The notes beneath the pieces are model-generated. The model was not told the DNA's origin, ran no database searches, and worked only from the letters and a program-made list of their open reading frames with translations. 64,000 bases of DNA from the NCBI RefSeq assembly GCF_963921235.1, contig NC_086097.1:123320001-123384000 (forward strand). Reading direction: 5' to 3'. This stretch comes from Mobula hypostoma (Eukaryota). A program made the position numbers and the translations under genes. Below, piece after piece: positions 26,707 to 40,779 of this stretch (its first letter is position 1; every line of letters starts with the position of its first letter).

Positions 26707-26768
26707 CAGGGGTGGCCAACCTTTTACGTTCCATGCGTCAATTTTTTCACACACGAGTTCAGATGCGA
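26707..26768. mobile_element. hAT-like terminal fragment
   Basis: CAGGGGTGGCCAACCTTT resembles hAT-Charlie-type TIRs; no partner end found. Confidence 0.35.
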
Positions 26769-26779
26769 TTTATAGTATA

Positions 26780-27289
26780 AACCCAGTGGCCACTTTATTA
26801 GGTACCTCCTCTCTGGTCATCTGCTGCTGCAGCCCATCCACTTCAAGGTTCGACAAGCTGTGAGTTCAGAGATGCTCCTCGGTACACCGCTGTTGTAATG
26901 CATCATTATTTGAGTTACTGTCACTTTCCTGTCAGCTTGAACCAGCCTGGCAATTCTCCTCTGACCTCTCTCATTAACATGGTGTTTTCGTCCACAGAAC
27001 TGCTGTTCAATGTTTTTCGCACCATTCTCTGTAAAGTCTAGAGACTATTGTGCATGAAAAGTCCTAGGAGTTCAGCAGTTTCTGAGATACTCAGACCGCC
27101 CTGTTTGTGACCACCAATCATGCCATGGTTAAAGTCACAGATGACATTTCTTCCCCATTCTGATATTTGATCTGAACAGCAACTGGACCTCTTGACCATG
27201 TCTGCATGCTTTGAGTTGCTGCCACATGATCAGTGGATTAGATATTTGTATTAACGAGCAGCTGTGCCTGATAAAGTGGCCACTGTGTG
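26780..27289 (-). mobile_element. Complete non-autonomous Tc1-like element
   Basis: TIRs CAGTGGCCACTTTAT / ATAAAGTGGCCACTG with TA on both sides (26778-26779, 27290-27291). Confidence 0.85.
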
Positions 27290-30116
27290 TATTTTCATAT
27301 ACGATTATAAAAAGTCAAAGTACAGTTAAGTATCATACTGAGGTTCAGTGAGAATTAGATCATGCTGTTACTCTTCCAAATGATGAGACCAGGAATAGCA
27401 TAAACACAAAGTTTCTGAAGATGCTGGAAATCCAAAGCAACACACACAAGATGTTGGAGGAACACAGCTGCTCAGGCAGCACCTACAGAGAGGAATAAAA
27501 GGTCGATGTTTCGCGCCCAAGACCCTTCGTCATGACTGAAAAGGAAGGGGCAAGAAGCCAGAATAAGGTGGTGGGACCGGGGGAAGAAGTACATGCTGGC
27601 AGCTGCACTTTGCAGTTTTGAGGTGAACGGACTTGGTTAGATTTAAGTGCAGCCTCTACACATGCTGCTATTAACTGGTCTGACTCTGACCACTTTGCTC
27701 CTGGCAGGGATGTAGAAATACATAAGACGAAAATGTCATCACAAAGGCAACAGAGTCCCCTGGGTTGCTGATGGAGTAATAACCACGGAAATCATTGCCT
27801 GATGTAAGCTGTGTGCTTTAGTGTTGACAAATGTTATTCCCAAAAATACGCCAGCTGCTTCTACACCATTCTCTGGGGCAAAAACAAACTACACTGACTT
27901 AACCGTGCATGAAAATTTCATGCAAGATTCACCATCACCATTACAATTTTTTTTCCCTTTTATTCGATATATGTTAAATTCTAAGAAGCAATTTATGTTA
28001 AAATGCTTTTTAGAAATTAACAATCTTTTTTAAAAAATCATCCTCACAAGCATGAATTGAAAAAATCAGTCTTTATTAACATAAGTTTTTAAAAATTTAA
28101 CCCCCCACTGAGAGTAATGCTGCTAGAAGGCATTGCAATCTACCTTTGCACAGTGGTTGCTTCTTTGTCAGTCTTTGTTCATGTGTAATTTTTTGTAAAC
28201 TATATAGCATTTCTTTATTTTTCTGTAAATGCCTTCAAGAAAATGAATCTCAAGGTAGTATTATGGTAGCATATTACCATTTTATTTTGGTTTTGTTACC
28301 GTTTTTACTTCCCAGTTTGCTGCATCGTGGCCTGGTATGGAAACACCAATGCCTAAGGAATAATAAAGTCTCTAGAAAGTGGTGGTGCAGCCCAGTCCAT
28401 CAGAGGCAAAGCCCTCCCATCATGGAGCATACTTACAGGGAAAACTGCCACAAGGAAGTCAGCATCCATCATCGAGACACCCAACATCCAGACCATGCTC
28501 TCTTCTTGTTATTACTATAGGGCAAGAGGTCCAGGAGCCTTAGGTCCCAACCACCATCGGGTTCAGGAACAGCTATTACCTACAACCATCAGGTTCCTGA
28601 ACGAGTGTGGATAACTTCATCCTCAAAGCTGAACTGACTCCATGACCTATAGACTCACTTTCAAAAACTCTACAACTCATCTTTTCAATATTATTTACTT
28701 ACCCATTTTTTTTATTATTTGCATGATTTTATATAAATATGCAACTGCATGTCTTTTGCTATTGTAATTATGTATGGCATATGTGCTACGTGCTGTGTGA
28801 CTAATGGTACAGTGTTTTGCACCTCGGCCCCGGAGGAGTCCATGGGTATAGGTGAATGGCAATTCAACTTGAACTTGAGTTGCCTTCTTTTACACATTGG
28901 CTGTTTGCCAGTCTTTTCACTTACAGCTTTTCAGGAATTCTATTGTATTTCTTTGTTTCCCTGTCAATGCCTGAAAGAAAATTAATCTCAAGGTAGCATA
29001 TGGTGATGTATACATACTTCCATAATAAATTTATTTTGAACTTTGATGTACATAATTCAGCTAAAACTACAAAGGAGTGAAAAATGACCCTCTTCTGTTC
29101 TCTGGAAGAGAGGCCATTACCCTGCCATTATGCCTCCTTTCTCAGATTATACAATATTTAACCTTCTCTAATGCACTCCAATTTAACAATTCTTCCCAGT
29201 TCAAAGTGAAGTTATCAAAGCACTTATACAGTATGTCACCATATACTGCTCTGAGATTCATTTTCTTGCAGGCATTCATAGTAGAACAAAAAAAAACAAC
29301 GGAATCAGTGAGAAATGACACACAGAGACTTATATGCAACCAATGTGCAAAAGAAGACAGCCTGGAATACAAAAACAAAACAAATAATAATAGTAATTAA
29401 TAAATAAGTAAATAAGTAATATTGCCAATTTGAGTCCTTGAAAGTGAGCCCATGGGTTGTGTTCAGTGATCAGTTCAGGGTTGGGATGAGTGAAGTTATC
29501 CACGCTGGTTCAGGAGCCTGATGATTGAAGGGTAATAACTGTTCACGAACCTTTGCAGTGCAGAGTAATCAAATCAGGCATCAATTTTTGTAGTCACATA
29601 GTACGATTGCTTTTTTTTACTCAAGTAATTTGTATTAATGGTCAGAAAATAGTACAGGCTCAGTTAAAGATATACAGTTCTCCCACTCTTTTGTTCTTCT
29701 GTACAGTGCCAACATCACCTTTATGTCCACACTATACAAGGAGCATCTGTCAAACAGACCCTGGGCATGGCTTTTACACAGCTGTGATGGCAACCTCTGA
29801 AAAATTGCATTAGTGTTTTATTGCTGTTTATGCCGAATGTCCGTAGCTGGAGGTACAGCAACAAAGTCTGAAGAGAAGAGATTTCAATTACTTCCAAAGT
29901 CATTACATCTAAGACAGTCCGATCAACACCTCACAGTCACGACTGCCAAAGCCAGGCTGAGATTAAGGTGTGAGATCATAAATTTATATAGAAATGTCAC
30001 ATTTTGGTCATTTGTCAGCAAAATGCAGATTCGTTAATTCATATTAAATGCAATATTGTGGATAAATCAGCTGCATTTTTGGAATGCACTGGTCAGATAA
30101 AGTAATAATGTGTCTG

Positions 30117-30150
30117 TACTGCCCTCTGCAGGTCATACATTAACATTGCA
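30117..30150 (-). promoter_or_regulatory. Candidate CTCF site (core plus upstream motif)
   Basis: Minus strand TGCAATGTT-AATGTA-TGACCTGCAGAGGGCAGTA versus core consensus TGGCCACCAGGGGGCGCTA; lies in non-repeat DNA. Confidence 0.55.
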
Positions 30151-30481
30151 CCAACTAATTTAAACACAAGGAATGAGCTATTTATAATGTATATAATACA
30201 CATTAACCCTATTTTCCAAATTTTATAATGGTTAAAACACAGGTGTAGTGCTTACAGGATATCTATACAGAAACTCATTGAAACATTGTGTCTTCGAAGA
30301 ATTTAGTGAAAAAAGATGCACCACATATAATAGACAATTAGCAATATTGACTTTACTGTCATTCAAGCAGTATTGAAATTGAAATTGTATGTGGCTATTT
30401 GTGAAAAGGAGGAAATTTAAGCTCATCAGTTGAAGACAGTCACCAAGAAATCAAAGGGTAAATCCAAAACAATTTCTTTTA

Positions 30482-31080
30482 CATAGAAACATAGAAAACC
30501 TACAGTACAATACAGGCCCTTCAGCCCACAATGCTGTGCCGAACATGTACTTACTTTGGAAATTACCTAGGGTTTCCCATAGCCCCCTATTTTTCTAAGC
30601 TCCAGGTACCTATCCAAGAGTTTCTTAAAAGACCCTATTGTATCTGCCTCCACCACTGTCGCCGGCAGCCCATGCTACGCCCTCACCACCCTCTGCGTAA
30701 AAAACTTACCCCTGACAATCTCATTGTACCTACTTCCAGGTACCTTAAAACTGTGCCCTCTCATGCTAGCCATTTCAGCCCCGGGAAAAAGCCTCTGACT
30801 ATCCACACAATCAATGCCTCTCATCATCTTGTACACCTCTATCAGGTCACCTCTCATCCTCTGTCGCTCCAAGGAGAAAAGGCCAAGTTCACTCAACCGA
30901 TTCTCGTAAGGCATGCTCGCCAGTCCAGGCAACATCCTTGTAAATCTCCTCTGCACCCTTTCCATAATTTCCTCATCCATCCCGTAGTGAGGTGACCAAA
31001 ACTGAGCACAGTACTCCAAGTGGGGTCTGTCCAGGGTCCTATACAGCTGTAACGTTACCTCTCAGCTTTTGAACTCAAAG
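30482..31080 (-). mobile_element. CR1 3' fragment
   Basis: EYCAQFWSPHY..ERVQRRFTRMLPGL..SLERQRMRGDLIEVYK; TTTCTATG tail; a similar copy lies at about 63545-63897. Confidence 0.85.
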
Positions 31081-31235
31081 AGAAAACTGGAAAAGTATTT
31101 TGAAAGACCAGAACAGAAGACTGTGTTGTGACAGGCATATGAGTGACATTGGGAGTAATCACAGAAGATCACTGACAAGAGAAATACACACAAAAAGCTG
31201 GAGGAACTCAGCAGATCAGGCAGCATCGTGCTAAG

Positions 31236-31730
31236 TGTCACACCGCACCTTCGGACCCAAGCGCAACTGCACATGGAGGCTTGGAAGGGTTAAATAAAAC
31301 AACTAATTTTATTGACAAAAGAGATAAAACAAAATAGTAGAACTTGGGAATTCTTGGATAAATCGGAATAACTCGGCCAGAACTTCACTAGCAAGGATCA
31401 GTACCATTGAGCCCCCCAGGGGGTTAGCACCGCCCCTTTAGATACACTCCAGGACACAAGGAAATTCGTGGCCAGCTAATTACAACCCCAGGCTCTTGAC
31501 AAGCTTACAAGTAACCATTCAGATAAGAGACAAATATCCAACGATACTTAGACACCTGCAAAGTCTCAGAGAGAATTAATTGGAATTATCCAATTATCAT
31601 TCACTAACATGTAAACCTGAGAAGACCTAACTATAACACATAACAAAACCCAAATTGCAACAATGCAATATAATTAATAAAACACACAGAATACAAAAAA
31701 AAATGCCAATAGCAGAATACTCTACCAACA
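31236..31730 (-). mobile_element. Possible solo LTR
   Basis: About 495-bp non-coding block with TG...CA ends that truncates a pLTR fragment; minus-strand AATAAA near 31310 and a TATA-like motif near 31440; no convincing TSD. Confidence 0.35.
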
Positions 31731-32949
31731 ACCTGAGATTGCGAAGATAAGACTGGAGACCATAAGATATAGGAGCAGAATTAGACCTCTTGATCCATCG
31801 AGTCTGCTCTGTTATTTGATCTTGGCTGACTTATTATCCCTCTCAACCTCATTCTCCAGCCTTCCCCTTGAACCTTTGATGTCCTTACTCATCAAAAGCC
31901 TATCAACCTCCACTTTAAATATACTTAATGACTTGGCCTCCGCAGATACAACATCATCTGGCTGAAGGGACTCCTTCTCGTCACTGTTCTACAGGGAAGT
32001 CCTTCTATTCCAAGACTCTGGTCCGAGATTCCTCCACGATAGGAAACATCCTCTCCATATCTACTCTATCTAGGCTTTTCAATATTTGAGAGCATTCAAT
32101 GAGACTCACACTCATTCGTCTAAACTCCAGCTAGTACAGGCCCAGGTGAAATATCTACCTTCAGACTGTTCAGCTCCTCAAGCACCTTCACCTCAGTAAT
32201 AGCAATTACAATCACTTCTGCTCCATGACGCTTGCAAATTTCTGGCACACTGTTGGTGTGTTCCACAATGAAGACCGACGCAAAATACTTATTAACTTCA
32301 TCTTCCATTTCTTTATCGCCAATTACCATTTCTTCAAGGTTCATGGTATATTTATTTGCAAAGAATGTGTAAATTATACAACTTTGAGATTTTTCTGCTT
32401 ACAGGTAGCCACAAAGCAAGAAACCCAAAAGAATCCAACTAAAGAAAGAAATAAAAAGACCAACATCTGATGTGCAAGAGAAAGGGGGAAAAATTCCAAA
32501 CATGAAAACATTTGAAGTCAACAACAACATTCCAAACCAAATTGAGTCCTTAGATCCGAACCCTGGAGCAGCCCAGAGTAGGCCCAAAGCCTCCCTTATT
32601 AGTTTATCGTATTAGTGGGCATGAAGCACAGCAGCCAGGGCAGTCTGCATAGCCACAGCACCATGGAGAGTGAAGAGATCATCACAGAGACCGAGCAAAA
32701 GCAGTTTTCACCTCAGATCCCAACACCATGTCTTTTCAGTCAACTGGCCTGGTGCTTAAATTGACCAAACAACGGAACAGCGAAAGGCTCTGCTATCATT
32801 TCCGCAATACAGTATCCACTCTCATCACCCTTTTACTCTTAATGTATCCGAAAAATCTCCTGGTATCCTTCTTTTTATTCTTGGTGCAAAAGACAGGAAA
32901 ACGTCCAGTGAGAGGCAGTTCTGTGGGCAAAAATGCCTTGTTAACTAAA

Positions 32950-35104
32950 GAGCAATCCCTTGACTACTCACAATTAAAGAAGAAAACTTAAGACAAATAT
33001 TTACAATTGAAGTAAGGAATAGATCTCAAAGTCTAGAAATAGAATCTGTTGAAGATGATAGCAATCACGTAGAAATGAAGTTTAACTCTCTGAAGGATGC
33101 CTTGGTAGAATCAGCAAAGTCAGTGATTCCTAAAAAAGAAAAAAGCACAAAGAATAAATGTTTGACAGATGAAATCAAAAATCTAATGGAAGAAAGGAGA
33201 CGGAAGAAAGCAAATCCGATGGAATATAAGTCCTTAGATAAAAAAGTTAAAAGCTTAAGTCAAAAAGCCAAAGAAGAATGTTTAAATCAGGAATGTGAGC
33301 AACTAGAAAGAATACCTATTATTGATCCAAAAAGGATGCATCAACAAATCAAGAATATCACTGCTGAAGAACAGGTGGATGTATGAAAAAACGGTACTAT
33401 TATCGTGGAAAAAGATGTGATTATGAACAGATGGACTGAGTATATTCAGGAATTGTTTGAAGACGATCGAGGCGAAAAAACAGAAATTAAAAAGAACATT
33501 GAAGATTCAAGTATTGTAAAATCTGAAGTTTGTAATGCAATAAATAAGATAAAGAAAGGAAAGGCAGCAGGTCCTGATGAATTAGTAATAGAACGAATTA
33601 TCGCCCTTGAAGATTATGGAATTGAAAAACTTACTGATTTAATCAATGACATTTATGAGACTGGAATAATACTAGAAGAGATGAAAAAAATCAGTATTAT
33701 CACTCTTCCTAACAAACCTGCAGCAATAGAATGTGAATTACATAGGACCATAAGTTTAATGAGTCGTATCACTAAGATACTTCTAAGAATTGTGATGAGA
33801 AGAGCTAAAAGTAAGATACAAGCTGAAATAGGTAAAGAACAATGTGATTTTGTGAAAGACAAAGATACAAGAAACGCGATATTGATGTTAAGAATATTAT
33901 CAGAACAAACTATTCAAGTGCAAAAAGATTTGTTTGTTTGTTTTATTGACTACACAAAAGCATTTGGTAAAGTGAAGCACAATAAATTATTTGAAATATT
34001 ACAGGAAACTCTAGATCTAGACTTGAAAGACCTCCACCTAATCAGAAATCTGTACTGGGAACAAACTGACGCTGTAAGAATAGATGGAGAAGTGAGTCAG
34101 TTTACGAAAATCAAGAGAGGCATTTGACAAGGGTATGCTTTCTCCCCTGATTTGTTTAATGTGTACAGTGAAACAATACTACAAAAAATAAGATACATCT
34201 TGGAAATCAAAGTTGGTGGTGAAAACATCAATAATTTCAGATATGCGGATGACACTGTGTTAATTGCAAGTACAGAGGAAGAACTACAAAACTTAATTGA
34301 TACAGTTGTTGAAGAAAGTGCAAAAATGGGTCTATTTATCAATCACAAAAAGACAGAATGTATGGTCATATGCAAAAAGAAGGAGAATCCTATCCGCAGG
34401 CTGAAAATAAACGGGGAGGACATAAAACAAGTACAGAACTTTTGCTACTTAGGAAGCTGGGTGACATCAGATGGCAGGTGCGACATTGACATCAAAAGAA
34501 GAATAGGGATGGCAAAAGGCACCTTTACGAGAATGAAGAGTATAACGTCAACACTAAACTAGGCATGACAACCCACCTCAGAGTACTGAAATATTACGTT
34601 TATCCAGTTATGTTATATGGATCAGAATGTTAGACAATATCTAGTAACATGAGGAAACAAATTGAAGCAGCAGAGATGTGATTTTTGAGGAGGATGCAAA
34701 GAATATCATGGATGAAACGAACATCTCTCTCTCTCTCTCACTCTCTCCGTCTTGTTTTACGGCGGTTGGCACCCAGCTTATTGGTGCGTTACCGAAACGA
34801 ATATCCAACGAAGATGTCATGAACAGAGCAAGCACAAAAAGAGAAATAACATATGAGATCATGAAAAGGCAACGTAACTTCATTGGACTTGTGATTAGGA
34901 AAGAGGAGTTAGCATGCACGGTAATTATGGGAAAGATTGAAGGGAAGAAAGCAAGAGGAAGGCAAAGACAAATAATAATGGAAACAGCAGCCAGAGAACT
35001 GGAAATGAATACCAATGAATTGATCCACTTGACCCAAAACAGGAGTGTGTGGGCCATGGCAGTCAAAGCTCAAACTGGGCACGGCACCTGATAATGATGA
35101 TGAT
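32950..35104 (+). mobile_element. RTE-clade LINE, 5'-truncated, inserted in a Tc1-like element
   Basis: ORFs 33075-33386, 33405-34127, 34152-34562, 34678-35091 with GKAAGPD, RTISLMS, CFIDYTKAF, NFRYADD, FCYLGS; (GAT)n tail; Tc1 sequence on both sides (32895-32945, 35105-35300). Confidence 0.9.
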
Positions 35105-35581
35105 CAACCAGAGAGATCAGAGGAGAATGGCCAGACTGGTTCAAGCTGACAGGAAGCCAGTAGTAACACAAGTAACCGCATTACCTCAGTGGCATGCAGA
35201 ACAGCATCTCTGAATGCACAACACTTGAACATTGAAATGGATGGGCTACAGCAGCAGAAGACTATTCCTGTACCTAATACAGGCACCACTAAGTGTATAT
35301 GCTTGGGGAGTGCTTGGCTCTCAGATCCAAAGGAGGAAGGGATATTAGGTCTCCAGCATTTTCACAGACCTCCAAGATTCCCAGTTTCCCCTTCTGATGG
35401 AATTTGTGCATCATTGATCAGTTTTGGTGTTGAAATTGTAAGGTAATGGAGTTCCGGTGACGTCATCGTTCAGAATGGCAGTTTAAATCAACAGCTCCTC
35501 CAAAAAAACGCATATTTTGCCCCGTTAATCCATCAAGTATAAGATCTTCCGAAAATATCTGAATTGATAAGGGGGGCAAGA

Positions 35582-36549
35582 ATGGGGAAAAAGAATGGAG
35601 ATTTAAAAAAAGCATCATTGCGGAGCCTGTGGAAGAGAGAGGTGTGGCGCGCAGCTCTCCTATACGTGCGTGTGGCGGCGAGGCTGACGTGGGGCCTCAT
35701 GCAGGCGAAGCGGCAAATATGATAAGGATTCTGGAAGATATAAGGAAAGTCCAAAAGTCCAAAAAGATATAAAGCAGTAACTCAATGATATAAAGTCAGA
35801 GCTTGCCAACGTCAAACAGAAAATAGTGGTGGCAGAGTTGAATTGAGAAGGTGGAAAACTGCTTGCAAAACATGGAACAGATATTAAGTAAGATGATAAA
35901 AATATTAAATCAACAGGAAAGTAAATTGCTTCACCAGGAGGGAAGATCGCGACGGAAAAATATCAGGATTTATAATGCTCCCGAAGAGGCGGAGGGATTG
36001 TCGATGATGGACTTTGTAGAGAGGGCACAGCGAGCAGCGGCCTCCCGGAGACAGACAAAGTAAACTGCGCTCAATAGTACTTAAATTCCTTCGATTCAAG
36101 AGTAAGGCGGAGATTCTACGAAGGGCCTGGGGTAAGAAGAGGGTTTTATGGAACGGTAAGTTAATATACTTCAATCATGATTCCACCGCGCCCCCCCCCC
36201 ACCGGCGGTACTACAGAAACGGAAGGAATATTCCGAAGCGAAACCAATATTAAAGCAAGAAAAGATTAAATTCCAAACCCCGTACCCTGCTAAACTGAGG
36301 GTATTTTACTGAGAAGGGATGCGACTGTACCAGACGGTGGAGGAGGCGACTACAGACATGAAGAACAGAGGACTGCCCATTAGCGTGGTCAAACCAGGGG
36401 AAAGTCTGGCTGAGCAGTTATCCTGAACTGCTTGGGAAATAGTAAGAGAGCCTAGAAAGCAGGGGACAGGAGCAGGACAACAGAAGGATATTATGAAGAG
36501 ACTGTCAGTTCTCCAAGGGCAGCCCTCACCTCCTCCAGAAGAGCCTTAA
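35582..36549 (+). pseudogene. L1 ORF1p remnant
   Basis: MGKKNG start, coiled-coil, EGRSRRKNIRIYNAPE (L1 ORF1 RRxN motif), FQTPYPAKLR; several stops and frameshifts. Confidence 0.8.
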
Positions 36550-36999
36550 GGTTTGGCTAACTTTAAAAGTGCTGATAAACTAAACGTTAGCAAAAATAAA
36601 CAGTGATATACCTATCTCGAGAAATACGTGTTATAATATGGATTTTATATTACTCAATTTTTTTAAATTCATTTATTCATTCCTTTTCCCCCACCTAAAT
36701 GAGAATATTTACATAGGAGGAATGCACAGGGAAATCATTTCTGTGTAATGGACATAGTTTTTTTTACTTACTTTTATAGGTACTGCAACGGGGGCCCTCA
36801 ACCTACAAGTAGGAGGGGCTATCCCCCACAGCTAGACTTTTCTTCTAGCCCAACCCAGGGTCATCTAGAGACCCCAGCCTTGGAATCACACCTTCGTTAC
36901 CTTTTTTTTATTATTCGCATTTCTTGCCTCTTATTTGTTCAGGGAGTAGATTGTTACATATTCTGTAAATTTCAATGATATACTAACAGATAAATACAC

Positions 37000-39900
37000 A
37001 TGCCTAAGGACAAAGTAAAATTCAATTCTTTTAATGTCAATGGGCTGTTGAATCCAGTCACGCGCAGTAAAATTCTATCAAAAATGAAAAAGAACAAGAT
37101 CATGTAGTATATTTACAGGAAACTCACAAGTGATAATGAGCATGGAAAATTAAAAAGAATGGGCTTCACTAATTTGTTTTTCTCCTCATATAAATCAGGA
37201 CATAGAAGAGGAGTTGCTATTCTTAATCGCAAGTAAACCAAATTTTGAAAAAGTATTCGAAATGGGAGATAAGGAGGGCAGATATATTCTGCTAAGGGGG
37301 AATATAGATGGAAATCCAGTTACTTTATTGAATATATACGCACCCCCAGGAAGTGATATTAGCTTCTTCCAGAAAATTACTAAAATTATGGTAACGGAAA
37401 CAGAAGGTCTCTTGATACGTGGGGGAGACTTAAATTTACAATTACAACTAAAGTTAGACTCTTCCAATAGAAAAACTTATGAAACAAAGTCTTTACATAA
37501 GAAAGTTAACACTCTTTCTGAGGATGTTGGTCTAATTGATATATGGAGGGACCTTTTCCCCGACAGAAGGGATTACACTCATTATTCTGCAACCCGCCCC
37601 CCCATTCCATAGAGACAAGAATAGACTATTTCATAACATTTGGAAAAGATAGAGACACAATAATCACCTGTGGAATTGGGACAATAGATGTACCTATATA
37701 TTTATACCTACCTATATATTTATCTGACCTACAACTAAAGAATACTACAGTATTTGGAAACTAAATTCAAGTCTACTCATGATCCCTATTTTAAGGAACA
37801 AATTAAAAAAGAAACTGGTCTTTACTTAGAGTTCAATGATAATGGAGAGGTTTCACCTCCCATTCTATGGGATACTCTGAAGGCTGTCTTAAGAGGGAAA
37901 ATTATAGCGATATCTTCATATACGAAAAAAATAAGGAATAGAACATCAGAGGAATTACAAAATAAGCTGAAGGAACCAGAAAAAAAAACACAAATTGAGT
38001 TTGGCACAGGATACACTAGAGGAAATTCTAAAAATTAGGAATGAAATTAATAGTTTGGCTACACAAGAAATTAGAAAAAATTTAATATTTCTGAAACAGA
38101 GACACTATGAAAGTGGATCTAAATCTATGAAAATACTGGCGTGGAAACTGAAAAAAAAGATAGCAGAAAATACAATTCATAGAATAAGGGATCTAAGAAC
38201 AAAAGTGATAAAAAATAAGCTAAGTGAAATTCAAGAAGCTTTTGAAATGTTTTACAAAACTCTATATTCCAAAATTAAAGGGGGGAAGCATAACCCAAAT
38301 TGACATCTTCCTGAATTCTTTAGAGTTACTCACTTTAAGCAAAGGACAAAATAGAACAATGACTGCTGACATAATTGAAGCTGAACTAAAAACTGCAATT
38401 AGTAGGCTTAAATTAAGCAAGTCACCAGGATCAGATGGATATACGGCAGAGTGGAATAAACAGTTTAGAAGTGAGTTAATTCCTGTTTTACTCCCCACAC
38501 CGAACTGGACCCTAAGAAAGGGGCAAATGCCACCCAGCTGGAAGGAGGCGATAATCTCAGTATACCGAAAGAAGGCAAAGATAAAATGGAATGTGGGTCA
38601 TTTAGATCAATATCTGTTGTTAATGTAGATTATAGAATATTAACCTCCATCAGGGCCAAACGATTAGAAGAGTTTCTACCCGCACTGATACATAATGATC
38701 AGACAGGTTTTATACAACAACACCAAACACAAGACAATATACCAAAAACACTTCACATTATGGATCATATTAAAAAATGAAATTGAAGCAATAGTGATAA
38801 GCATGGATGCTCAAAAGGCATTTGATTCGCTTAACTGGAATTTTCTTTCCAGAGTTTTACATAGATTTGGTCTTCATGATGCAATTATTAAAACTCTACA
38901 GGCACTATACGACAATCTTATTGCCAGGATTAAAATCAATGGATATTTTGGCATCATTATGCCAAAAGATTTGGCAAAATTATCAGAATGCAATTATCAG
39001 CCTATATATATAAAAAAATTAAGGAAGATATAACAAGATGGAACCTAATTCTTTTTCTTGGTCTCAGTTCAAGGATTGAATCTATTAAAATGAATATACT
39101 GCCCAGACTACTATATCTCTTTCAGACCCTACCAATAGAGATTAACCAAAATCAATTCAATGAATGGAACAAGATGCTATCAAGATATATATGGCAAGGT
39201 AAAAGGCCTAGGGTTCATCTCAAAACTTTACAATTAGCCAAAGAAAAGGGGGGATGGGGCCTACCTTCTCTTAGAGATTATTGTTTTTCAGCACAGTTGA
39301 GAGCTGTGATATGCTGGTGCAACCCATCATATGATGCTCAATGGAAAAACATTGAGGAGAGGATACTTTCCATCCCCATACAGGCAATTTTGGCTGATAA
39401 CAACGTACAAAGTTACATAAATAATACCGACAACCCCTGGGTGAAATGGACTCTTAAAATATGGAAAACTATTATAAAAGAACATAAACTAGAGAAAGAC
39501 ATTGCAATTCTTAAATGGTGTGCATATGACTCGGATTTTACACCGAATAAACTGGATGCTAGATTTAAGGACTGGACAGCTAAAGGAATAACAGCTATTT
39601 GCAATATAATGAAAGAAGGAACACTGTTCAGTTTTGAAACGCTCAAACAGAAACACATTAGAAAAACAAGACTTTTACTGGCATTTACAGACGCGACAGT
39701 ATGTTAATAGGACAGTTAAAAATGTAACCAAGGCAAGTACATGTCTGATAGAGCTATTTAGAAAAGCATATAATTCAGACAATGGAAGTAGAATAACCTC
39801 AAGCGTTTATAAGGGTTTGTCAAATCTTAAGACACATTCGACTTCATACATTAAAACAAAATGGGAGAAGGAAGGAGGGATAATAGTATCTGAGGAAGAC

Positions 39901-40427
39901 TGGACAATAATATAGAGGTATCAATGGGAGTGTACCAGTTCACAGAAACAGAGGGAGTTCGGATGGAAAAACTTGATAAGATATTTTATTACACCCTCTC
40001 AGAAATCCCACTATAATAGTAACTCCCCCGCTTGCTGGAGTAATTGTGGAAATCAAAATGCAAACCATTATCATATTTTCTGGGAATGCCCCATTTTCAA
40101 AGACTATTGGAGTGGGATACATAATGCCCCACAAGACATCTTTAAATCTTTATATATTTTGGGTATATACCTCAAGAATGGTTGAAAAGAGATAAATATT
40201 TAATGAATGTACTGCTGGTGGCAGGTAAAAAGACTCTTACCAGGAAATGGTTATCACAGGAGAGCTCAACTTTAAATGTATGGATGGAAATTACAATGGA
40301 CATTTACAAAATGGAGAAGATAACAGCATCTGTTAATCATAAGTTGGAACAATTTTATCCATACTGGAAAAAATGGTTTAACTACATAACACCTCATAGG
40401 ACTGATTTTATTCTCACAAGTCAATGA
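37000..40427 (+). pseudogene. L1 ORF2p remnant (APE endonuclease, RT, CCHC)
   Basis: SFNVNGL, YLQETH, LNIYAP, GGDLN, RIDYF, KSPGSDG, DAQKAFD, C-terminal CWSNC...HIFWEC; frameshifted and missing the YADD region. Confidence 0.88.
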
Positions 40428-40779
40428 ACATGTTGTAAAAAAAAACACTCCCTACTCTGTACATAGTTTTCTTCTTTCGATTGTTCTTTCTTTCCTCTCC
40501 TTTCTATAAGTGTATACCTCAGATAAATATTATGTGGAGATTTGTGACAAATATGATTATATGATATATATGCACAGTATCTGAAATACATCTTATGGAA
40601 ATGTTTGATGATGAAATTCAATAAAAAATAAATTTCAAAAAAAAAAGAAATTGTAAGGTAATGGTGAGTATCAGGCTGATCAAATACATCCCACTTCAGC
40701 CTTCCCTGGAAGTGCTAACTGGATGGAGGAAAACGAGCTGGCATCAGAGTTTGTGGCTGATGTCCAGAGGATATGAAGT

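Larger units (their letters stand above)
35450..40646 (+). mobile_element. Full-length L1-clade LINE with 18-bp TSD, inactive
   Basis: TSD GAAATTGTAAGGTAATGG at 35432-35449 and 40647-40664; AATAAA plus poly(A) at the 3' end; ORF1 and ORF2 remnants. Confidence 0.92.

Noticed and set aside
27906..27924. Near-palindrome GCATGAAAATTTCATGC
   Set aside because: Short, isolated and compatible with chance in AT-rich DNA.
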